Assembly: GCF_000002075.1 (NCBI RefSeq)
Contig: NW_004797445.1
Span: 446,507-510,506, forward strand
From: Aplysia californica
Taxonomy: Eukaryota
DNA: 64,000 nt
Reading direction: 5' to 3'
The position numbers and the translations under genes are program-made. The notes under the pieces are model-generated. The model saw only the letters and a list, made by a program, of their open reading frames with translations. It searched no databases and was not told the origin of the DNA. Below are positions 1 to 9,176 of this stretch, one piece after another (position 1 is the first letter of the stretch; every line of letters starts with the position of its first letter).

Positions 1-34
<34 letters not shown>

Positions 35-68
35 CAACAACAACAACAACAACAACAATAACAACAAA
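1..68. repeat. (CA)n followed by (CAA)n microsatellite
   Basis: Directly visible simple repeats at the window start. Confidence 0.95.
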
Positions 69-512
69 ACCACACAAAAATCACTGGAAAGCTTTACGAA
101 TAATAATTAGTTTCCCGGTTTGTTCCCTCGTTCGTTCTGTTCTTGTATCTTCCAGGCCAACCACTGTGAGTGTGATCTTCGAGATTAAAACTTAAAATCA
201 TCCCGTTCTCTGACATAATTATGAAGAAATCAACAGGCGTGTGTGGTTTTAGCCAGTTCCATGCCTTGACGTTGAGATGTCAATGAAATATTCTCCAATT
301 TTTGGATAAAATGCGAATGCACATTCTGTACCCTTGTTCCGCTAAGTCGATAGTTGAATACACCGTACACGTTTGCAATGACCCAACATTTTTCCATAGG
401 ATCGCATAAGGTTTTCATGCCTTCCTAAATCTTTATCACCAACAGATACATGTATAGGAATGCTGCCAGCTCCCATTCCAGGTAAAGGATTTTTGGTAGC
501 TGCAAGTCATTA

Positions 513-551
513 CAGGGGAACTCGGAATCAACGAACTCGGATTCTACGTTC
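513..551 (+). mobile_element. Isolated Tigger/pogo-type terminal repeat remnant
   Basis: TA followed by caggggaactcggaatcaacgaactcggattc, similar to the left end of the element at 57657 (cagtggagctcagattcaacgagaactcggattc). No partner end found. Confidence 0.45.
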
Positions 552-905
552 TTTTTATTTTAAATTTAAAAATATTTTAAGAGCCTACACGACAGGTCAC
601 ACGAAATTGCCATAGACTGCCTCAAGGCACTTGAACTGGCAGCAGTAAATTATATTGTTGCTCTATCTCCTGCGACGCAGCGAGTTGTGAACTTGGTTTA
701 TGAAATCTGAGATTCAATGGAAGTGTGGTGGGTGGACTGTCTTAAAAAAGTTATTACAGAGATCGATCTATCATACGATTCGCTTGTTGCTATAGATCTG
801 TCCTAATATAATTATGTAATATCAATGATGTTTTGTCATAATTACTACGGCATTTTACAGACATGCTCTTGGGTGTATTATTAAGGGCCAAACATTAACA
901 TAATA

Positions 906-914
<9 letters not shown>

Positions 915-951
<37 letters not shown>

Positions 952-975
952 CATCACATACACACACACACACAG
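915..975. repeat. (CT)n and (CA)n microsatellites
   Basis: Directly visible. Confidence 0.9.
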
Positions 976-1390
976 AGGACAATAGCACAATCACTCTAGT
1001 GGTCATTTGTCATGCAATTTGATTATATTTAAGAGTATGAGGGTTACGTATGCCTGCGTGTGCAATAGATCAGTCTGGGGAATCGTGAGACTTGAAGCAA
1101 GATATTATATTCAATGAAAGGACTAATTAAGTACTGGTATCATAGTTTGTCAACTCGAGACAGCATTCTTCAACTACTGGTACTTGTTTCCTTCTTTAGA
1201 AGGCATGCCTTTACAAATTACATAGTAGTAGGCCTGTTTTTTTTAAATTCTATTATGTTTCTATTGAGCCCCCTTGATCAGGTACGTGCATGTTATAAAA
1301 GAATATTTTTAGATTTTTATAATTTTATACAACGGAGTCCGCTGAAGCATGTACCGGTATAAAAGTCTATGTTTGTATAATGTATTATTA

Positions 1391-1530
1391 CAGTCAAACT
1401 CCACAATGATAAGAGAGATGCATAAATGTACACCGTGAAGTACGCTATGGTAACTCGTTATTGCCGGATTGCCGTGTCTCGGTTATTGCATAAAAAAGGG
1501 AGACAACAGCCAAGTGCCTTGTATTGAAGG
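1391..1530 (-). mobile_element. Degenerate 3' terminal region of the Tigger/pogo element ancestral to the 1685-2611 ORF
   Basis: TA|cagtcaaactcc at 1389-1402 plus a subterminal ctcgttattgccgga motif resemble a decayed Tigger-type end about 290 bp downstream of the ORF stop. No clean matching 5' TIR found. Confidence 0.4.
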
Positions 1531-1684
1531 CTTTAAAAACGTTTACCTCCCTTTGATTTTAAGACCGTCATTCGGACTCTGTTCCCTCCCTGTGCCTAAA
1601 TTGATCTGTGGTGGGGAGGGGGAGGCCGTAAAGGGGTCGGGGAAGAACGTGAACAGTGAGGGTGGCGGTAGAGGGTTCCTGGAC

Positions 1685-2611
1685 TCAATCATCTTTGTTT
1701 TTGAAGGCGAAGAACGACATAATTGTCGGTTGACTTTTCCTATTTTTGGCGTCTGTAGCGATGGTTTGGATGCATGTTTCGTACGTTTCAAGGCCTTTTA
1801 TGAGAGAAGCACAGTCTTCCTGTTGCAGTAGAAAGTGACGTAGCGTTGCAACGGCTTCCAAGGCACTTCTGCTTGTGACGGGTTGAATAATGGGGTCGTT
1901 CTCTTCGTTTTGATGTTCATGTAATCGATCAGATCCACTGGTCGCAACGAAAAGGGTTCTTCTATCATTTGGTTCTTCGTACTCAGTTGAGCAACTTTCC
2001 CACTCCCTTGTCAGCGTGCGAGAAGGCTGGCATGTGTACAGATCCTGATCAGTTGAAATTCTGTCGACGTTGGGGATGTCACAGGGTTGGTTGTCTTCTT
2101 CGTGGGGAGCTTTCTTCACACACATCTCCTTTCGGTTCTTGGTTGTTTCGGTAATGTAACTGATGGATGCAGACTCACCACTGACACTTGTACCGCTACT
2201 TTTAAAAAGGATTCCGTGACGAGACTTGAACCTATTTAACCATCCCGTGCTTGCAGAGAAATTGGATGTTCCGAGGCCTTTTGCTATCACCTTGGCTTTC
2301 TCTATCAATACTGGTCCTGAGATGGGCTCTTCTTGACTCCTTGCTTGCTTGAACCATTTCAACAAAGCTCTGTCCACGTCGACGAAGTCAGAGGTCCTCA
2401 ACTTTTTGCGGTTACCGTCAAAATCGCCTTGTTCATAAGCCTTCATAATCTTCTCTCTGTTGTTCAAAATCGTGTACAAAGTACTGGATTGTAGATCAAA
2501 ATCTCGACATAATTGAGCATTTGTGCTATTGCTCCGATCGGCAGCCTCGATAATGGCCACTTTCGTTTCAAGTGCAATGCGTTTTCTTCTCTGCGTAGAT
2601 CTAGTTGCCAT
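1685..2611 (-). CDS. Tigger/pogo transposase-derived (TIGD/CENP-B-like) DNA-binding protein lacking the DDE domain, 308 aa
   Basis: Uninterrupted ORF with strong start context (caaaATGG). N-terminal CENP-B_N/psq-type HTH (RKRIALETKVAIIEA...STLYTILNNREKI), then HTH_Tnp_Tc5 (DVDRALLKWFKQAR...PISGPVLIEKAK...FSASTGWLNRFKSRHGI...SGES). It then passes directly to the pogo C-terminal segment (ISTDQDLYTC; PVTSRSALEAVATLRHFL) and a terminal QPTIMSFF motif. Confidence 0.85.
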   Translation of the reverse strand: MATRSTQRRKRIALETKVAIIEAADRSNSTNAQLCRDFDLQSSTLYTILNNREKIMKAYEQGDFDGNRKKLRTSDFVDVDRALLKWFKQARSQEEPISGPVLIEKAKVIAKGLGTSNFSASTGWLNRFKSRHGILFKSSGTSVSGESASISYITETTKNRKEMCVKKAPHEEDNQPCDIPNVDRISTDQDLYTCQPSRTLTREWESCSTEYEEPNDRRTLFVATSGSDRLHEHQNEENDPIIQPVTSRSALEAVATLRHFLLQQEDCASLIKGLETYETCIQTIATDAKNRKSQPTIMSFFAFKNKDD

Positions 2612-3133
2612 TTTGAATTCTCGATGAGAACGACGATTTGGAGCTGGGAGATATTATCGTGTCTAGATCTATCAGACGAAGAGTAGGCTAGAATGAATTC
2701 GTCAGACCTTGGCCAGGGCTATGACTTTAGTCACTTTACTGATACTATCGAGACAATAGAGAGTAGAGCGATCTATGAGACCGTGCCACACATTAGACGC
2801 GAATTGTACTAACAGTAACACACTACAACAGTACACACCAGCCGCTTTAACCCTTTCTTCGAAAACCTGGGTCTACTCAAGTCTACTGTGCTACGAAACT
2901 ACGAACGAACTTGGCTACACACACTAGCCCCCTCATTCCAACCTCAATGCCCGCCCGCGTGACGTGTGCTGCGGCGCGGCTTGTGTTCCCCCGCTGGTTG
3001 ACGATTGATGACATTCTACTAGATCTAGGCCTAGTGGGGCAGACTGAATGGGCGCGCGCAAACCTGGGCCTCTCTCAACTGTGGGCTCAGAATGTGATAG
3101 TCTGCTCTTGCGTGCGCGGGTTACATAGAGCGA

Positions 3134-3136
<3 letters not shown>

Positions 3137-3179
<43 letters not shown>

Positions 3180-3197
3180 GTGTGTGTGTGTGTGTGT
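3137..3197. repeat. (TG)n microsatellite
   Basis: Directly visible; source of the spurious CVCV/HTHT ORFs. Confidence 0.95.
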
Positions 3198-3311
3198 TGG
3201 GTGGGTGAGGGGGGGGGGGGTAGTTTCTTTGTTTGGGAAAGAGAGAGGGGAAGGGAGAGAGAGAATGCCTGCGGGTGAGAGAGAGTCGAGTGTGTGTGGT
3301 ATTAACCACTA

Positions 3312-4208
3312 CAGTGGGCCCCCACAATTGCAGTCTCGGTTATAACAGGATTCCGGATATAGAGCTAGCGGGCTTATTATTTATATATATATATATATAC
3401 AAAACCCCGAGTCTGATATTTTATTATATAATATACATGTATGTAAATACTATTTTATAGCAGGCATTCGGATAAACATGTTCAGCTAAGAAAGCGGTCG
3501 AATTCTCGACTAAATCGTAAAACAAAAGGACAAGCATGTGCGTTCCCGGAAGGGATATATAATATATGGGAAAAGCTGGATGCACTTCGGTGTTGATGCA
3601 TTCCTCCAGTCAATGACAATGACCAGGGCCGCGTTAACTAAGGGCGGGGCCCTAGGCTGTCCATGAGCCGCGGGGCCGGGGCCCCTCGATGACGTTGATG
3701 CTGCTACTACCGCATTGTAGCCCCATACTGATGGAAAGCTATACTGTAAAACGTGATTAGATGTAGGCCTACCGGTATCCACCAATAATGTGGATTAAGA
3801 CGACGACAAGCACATTTATCTATTTCTGTTACAAAGTATGAGGCAGCCGAAACCTATCAACAGCAGCCCCAACAACAGCAACAGCGGTAGCATCAACATC
3901 CTTCTCATTAACATCAATAACAACAACAACTGTAAAAACAACAAACAACAACAACAATTCAACAAGAGGACAATTTTTTTTGTTGAAAAACATTTTTTAA
4001 ACGTCGTGTTTGCAAGCGCGGGGCCCCCTGAGGCGCGGGGCCCTAGGCTACAGCCTAAACAGCCAACGCGGCCCTGACAATGACCCGGCGTGGCCTTGAT
4101 CTGGCACTATAGACATCATAATCGTCAGCATGATATTGCCTCTGGATCGGTGGCTCGTCGTGTGGTGGCGAGTGGCGAGACAAAATTGATTGAATGGGGA
4201 GTGCACTG
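3312..4208. mobile_element. Degenerate Tigger-like MITE interrupted by a hAT MITE
   Basis: Left end TA|cagtgggccccc...ggttataacaggattccggatat resembles the left end of the 7769 element. The possible right end gaatggggagtgcactg at 4208 is only a loose inverted match. Confidence 0.4.
3624..4076. mobile_element. hAT-type MITE
   Basis: Perfect 12-bp TIR cagggccgcgtt/aacgcggccctg, exact 8-bp TSD acaatgac (3616-3623 and 4077-4084), subterminal gggccc repeats. Confidence 0.9.
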
Positions 4209-5097
4209 AGCACAAGACCTACCTGTAGATCATAGATCAGTGCTGTTCTTTTTTCCTACCGCTTGTCTCCCCTCCTCCTATTTCTTCCTCACACAAACAC
4301 GCACGCATGCATTTGTTTGAATAAAGAGCACATCGACACTAGATCTATAAATATGCCATTAATTTTATATATAATTTATTATTTACATTTATATATATTA
4401 TTGCAGCTGTAGTCCACGGAAGAAACTAGATAGTCACAGAACGGGAGAGAAGTATAGGACCTGCTACTGCTACTACTACCATGGGCCCTCCAACCACCTG
4501 CGTATCCCCACAAAGATTTACTTTAATCTAATTACTAGGCCTAAGTGTAATTATAATCTATAACATGTAGTATTATTAGCGGACCAAATGTTAACCTTCT
4601 GAATTATGATGAATACATGTAATATAAATGATTCCCTATATTTTGTGCCTGCCAGAGTAAGGATAAGCAGAACAACTTCCAGGGGAGTTGTTACAATTCT
4701 GGAACATGTAGATATCTACTTTATTTTACAGAGAGTAATTTAATGTTACATACTCGCCAAACCTCGTGAATTTAATGAGAAAGTCCAAAAGACAAAGAAA
4801 ATGTTTCAATTAATCTTCCGTTTTTTTTTAAATTTCAAGTTTTATGGCACGTGCAACACAATTTATAGTCGGTACGGTAATAAAAATGCTGAACAAGGTG
4901 TTACAAGGAAGTAACATATTTAAGAAAAGGAGGGGGATGAGATCTTCTTTACTAATGAAACTCAGGAGCTTGATTGCAGGCTCTTCAACTAGTTCAACCT
5001 GTAATGCAATATAGGCCTATAATATTACATGATGATGTAGGTCATACTATGATCAGATTATCTTCAGTTTTGGTATGAATTGATTATGAATTTTCTA

Positions 5098-5638
5098 AGG
5101 GTGACAGCCGAAGCCTACTCTTGATATATATATATAATAGTAAAAATATTAGGACCACCTACAGAACTTGGGCACTGGAACTTGAACGCGCGCAATTTGC
5201 ACACTGGACCTCGGAAATGTTCTGTTCTTTTGAGAAGGCTAGGCGTGAGATTGAGATTTTAACTACATACCGGTACCCTGGGATTAGGGGTAAGGCTGAA
5301 AGACGGCAGTAATTTGAAGAAGCCAGGAATAGCAGTAGGGAAGAAAGAGTCAAGAGTAACACTTGGTAACAGAAGGAGAAGCACAGAGGAGGCCAGGATG
5401 GCAGAGGGGAAAAATGGTGATGAAAGCAGAGAGATACATTATAAATATATATGACAGTGACAGAACAGGACTACAGAACATTAGAGAAAGACAAAAGAGA
5501 GAAAATTTTAGAAGATAACTTTTCTGCTCCTGGCAGGGTTTGATCCCCGAATCTTTTGACAGAGAAGAGTAAGAGTAAGAGTAAGAGGCAAGCACCGTTT
5601 TTTTTGGTGTACCTCTAGACCATGGGCATGAGAGCCCC
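5098..5638 (-). mobile_element. tRNA-headed SINE family B copy
   Basis: Shares the head (ggggctctc...) and body motifs (cagccgaagcct, cgcgcgcaatttgcacac) with copies at 7222-8869, 25685-25891 and 59224-59760. Confidence 0.6.
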
Positions 5639-5652
5639 TTGGAGGAGATTAA

Positions 5653-5909
5653 CCCTATCCGTACGTTGTTTTACTCTATCGTATCCATACCGTGTGGGGA
5701 ACTATGTGCCACCACTTTCCAAAAAGAGGAATTTTACTTGTTAATCCTTACTTGTTAATCCGATCTGTACGCTTTACAGCAGTCTGTCAAAATGATTTTT
5801 TAAAAGAAATACTGAAAGTTTCAAAGAGATCTTGGTCTGGCAGCATTAAAAAATAAGAAGAATACAACCCAGGGGGTACACAAAATGACACAATGGCGTA
5901 CAAATAGGG
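5653..5909. mobile_element. piggyBac-type MITE
   Basis: TTAA on both sides, TIR ccctatccgtacg/cgtacaaataggg; inverted homologue at 58980-59219. Confidence 0.85.
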
Positions 5910-5982
5910 TTAAGGACGATAGATGTTAAAGGAGCAAGCCATGATTATATCAGAGTGCCCACCAACCACTCTAAAATAAATC

Positions 5983-6158
5983 TTTTTTTTTAGTAGAGGT
6001 TTACGGGGCTTGCAGCTGCTTAAAGGTGAGCGCCAGAAGATAAGAGGTGTTACAAGAGAGTAACAAACACAAAAAAGAAGAAGGGGAGATAAGGACGATA
6101 GATGTGTGAATAGGAAAGAAGAAGCAAACCACACCAGTGCACCCGCCACCCACCCACA
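5983..6158 (-). mobile_element. Retroposon 3'-tail family A (short 5'-truncated SINE/LINE)
   Basis: About 170-bp unit (gggtggttggcgggtgc...gttactctcttgtaac...gccgtaaaacctctactaaaa) ending in an A-rich tail. Recurs at 29092, 35857, 42959, 56232, 61463 and 63577, with a partial copy at 5911-5969. Confidence 0.8.
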
Positions 6159-7617
6159 TAAATCTTCAACACATCACTTTGCTTTCAAGGTAGCAAATAA
6201 AAATGTTCTTTATTTTACAGAAACACTCTCCAAACTCCAATAATATAGCATCAATTATGACCACCTGGGTCAAAATGCTCACAGCTCAGAAGGAAACAAT
6301 ATCTGCAGAAAAATGAAACTTCTCAGTTTAAACAAAATTACATGGTCACTGGCTCCGACTTTTGACACAAGAGACCTGGGGTGTATTATTATCCCATGAT
6401 ACTTGGAAACAAAATGTCTCATCTGGTGACATACCGATGTACTTTACCCTGCCTCCTTACCTTCCCAACAACACTGTCACTGGACAACTTCAAAGAACAC
6501 ATAGATCTATTATGTTATGCGCAAAGACTCTTTGCTTATAGGGTAAGGTTGCAAAATTTTATTATTATAAGACTGATTGTCTCCTTAGTCTCAATAAAAT
6601 GATGCTCACTATTGTGAAGACAACAAAAACAGCATATAAAATATCAGCATTGAGTTTACAATATAACAGTATACATGACATTATAATCAAACAAAAAGCA
6701 TGATCCAAAATACAGTAGTATAACAAGGATAGGTCGAACACAGAAGAATCACACATCTGTTAAACTGTGCATGTAGTCTCGTTTTTCCTCTTCTTTATCT
6801 TTGTAAAACATCCTTTGAACTACGGATCCCTCAAACTACCGAGGTTGGTCCCGACGAATTAGAGCTATCCGTGTTATACTGTATTTTCAGTCATATCTGC
6901 TATTACAGATTTTTTGTAGGAACTTGCACTCTCAGAGCAACCATTTCAGTTTTTTTCTCTCAAATTATACAACTTTTACTTTTTGCCGACAATCATCCAG
7001 AACTGCCCAGGAGCAACACTGAAATTGCCGTCCAGCGGAAACAACAGATTTTTTTGTGGAACCAGTATTTGATCTGAAATTACCCTAAGCAAAGATGAAA
7101 CAGTCGCTGTGTCGTGTTGACTCATTATAAAGGTGTGTTCAGATTTTACAATTTAGACATCATGTCAACGACAACTTTGGACAATTTGATGTTGAAACTA
7201 CTCCTTTTTTGAGGTGGTAATTTTTTTTTTTTATGGCCCTTGCAACTGCGTAAAGTCATATATGAGGGCGCGGGACACATTAAACATTTTCAGTTGGTAG
7301 AAAATTTTGAATTTTGTCCAGGTGGCAGCCGAAGCCTTCTCTTAATAACGATTTTGGACCACCATGGAATCTTTAACGCGCGCAACTTGCACACGGGACC
7401 TCCGAGATTTTTCGCCCTTATCCGACAAGAATACAATCTACCATAAGATCAGGGGTGTGGCTGAAAGACAGCAGTAAGAAGGAGCCAAGGAGTGGCACTA
7501 GCAGTACAAAAGCTGCAGAGAGAGAGAGTCAGAAGCCCAGAGGAGGGGGGGGCAAAGGCAAAGGAGGTAAGGGGGAGGGGGCAGAAAAAGGAGTCGAAAG
7601 CAGACGACAGAACGTTG

Positions 7618-8757
7618 CAGTGATGCCACTCAATTTTTTTGAAAATAGATGAAAATCCATGCGTCACGGCTGAGATTAGCGCAAATCCTCCGGTTTTTTT
7701 TTCTCCCCGTTATTTGGATTTATGGCGAAGTCTTTGTTTTTGCGTTATTTGAACATTTGGCGCAAGTACAGTGGAAACCATATATAACAGGCCCGGTAAT
7801 AACAGGGATCCGGTTATAGCAGGGATTTTAAAAATCCCCGTTTTTTCCTACTCTTTGTCTCTTTTAAAAGTTATCGGCAATAACGGCCTCATCGGAGCCC
7901 AACCGGTTATAGCAGGAACAAAGGCTCGTTAACAATGTGTAAAAAGAGAGAGAGAGAGAGAGNNNNNNNNNNNNNNNNNNNNNNNNNNNNNNNNNNNNNN
8001 NNNNNNNNNNNNNNNNNNNNNNNNNNNNNNNNNNNNNNNNNNNNNNNNNNNNNNNNNNNNNNNNNNNNNNNNNNNNNNNNNNNNNNNNNNNNNNNNNNNN
8101 NNNNNAGAGAGGGCTGCGGTGTGCTGTAGACCTCGATCTAGCCCGAAACCTAGCAACACGCACGCGTAATGTCACCAACGATGTCAAGCGGAAGAGAAAG
8201 TGACTTTCAATTGACAAAAAATAAGAAATAATCCAGGCAGTTGACAAAAAGCAAGCTCCACTGGCAGAGATTTGTCGTCAGTTCGACATTCCACAAGGGT
8301 CAATTCACATCATTATAAAGGATAGAGAGAAGATAGTGGCAGCATACTCCAATTGAAAGTTTGCTCTGGATCGAAAGAAGATGAGACTACCCGATGAAGA
8401 TGCTGTGGACCAATCTCTTCTGATGTGGTTTAAAGAGGCAAGGAGAAAGTTGGTGCCAAAACCCCAGTTTGTGGGTACTTGTGGCAAGGGAAACTACCCC
8501 TGAATAATATGTGCAGCTGGATTAGTCCACAAATGCTTACTTTCCTTGCATTTCTGATGTAACAGGGATCGGATATAACAGGACATTTTCTCTACTCCCA
8601 CCATCCCTGTTATATCAGGTTTCCACTGTAGTTGTGTGTGTGTGTGTGTGTGTTTTTTTTTCTTTTTTTCCAACTAGGCCTATAGATTCTATCTTGATCT
8701 CAATAACGGAATAGCGGATCAGAATATCAGAAAAAAAGCGGAAAAGTGGCATCCCTG
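7618..8757. mobile_element. hAT-like MITE nested in SINE B
   Basis: TIR cagtgatgccact/agtggcatccctg (12 of 13 match). Flanks acgttg/acattg suggest a 6-bp TSD with one mismatch. Confidence 0.7.
7769..8628 (+). mobile_element. Non-autonomous Tigger/pogo element with a decayed transposase N-terminus
   Basis: TA TSD, TIR cagtggaaaccatatataacagg/cctgttatatcaggtttccactg. About 8182-8448 translates to VKRKRK*LSIDKK*EIIQAVDKKQAPLAEICRQFDIPQGSIHIIIKDREKIVAAYSN*KFALDRKKMRLPDEDAVDQSLLMWFKEARRK (CENP-B-type HTH with stops). Confidence 0.9.
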
Positions 8758-9176
8758 ACATTGTTAGAGAGCACAACAGGATGTGAAAGGAGATAATTTT
8801 CCTTATCTCGATTCGAACCTGGGACTACTGAAAGAGAGGCGACCTTAACCTCTAGGCTACGAGAGCCCCTAATAAACTACTCCAAAAACATGTAAGAGAG
8901 GCAGTAGCACATTAAAACAACTGCTTCCTAGAAGGACATGCATTGTATGCGATCTGTACAGCACAAGGCACGGTCATTATTTTGGTACTGTAGCCATTAC
9001 AATTGGAAATACTTTCAGGGTTGCTGGCAGACAGCACAGTCATATAAACAAATGCCATCTCTGATCTCTATGCTGTCATAAACAGTTGATATATATGGCA
9101 CCATACTTTCTCAGAGTCTCACAAAACTACAGAAAGTGTGGAACCACCATTTCTTTTCTTCCACAGATCAGTGAAG

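Larger units (their letters stand above)
7222..8869 (-). mobile_element. tRNA-headed SINE family B copy, split by nested insertions
   Basis: Minus-strand head ggggctctcgtagcctagaggttaagg (A-box-like) ... ggttcgaatc (B-box-like), poly-A tail near 7222. Joining 7617 to 8764 restores collinearity with the copy at 25685-25891. Confidence 0.7.

Noticed and set aside
120-490. Plus-strand acceptor at 155 with donors near 166 and 482, and the 62-aa minus-strand ORF 230-418
   Set aside because: No open frame or partner exons in the window and no recognisable protein; cannot be supported without transcript data.
2911-3460. ORFs with CVCV/HTHT runs
   Set aside because: Translations of (TG)n and (GA)n microsatellites.
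8790-8869. tRNA-like sequences (also 20650-20700, 25820-25891, 55088-55160)
   Set aside because: A/B-box-like motifs without a complete cloverleaf, attached to repeated bodies; these are SINE heads, not tRNA genes.
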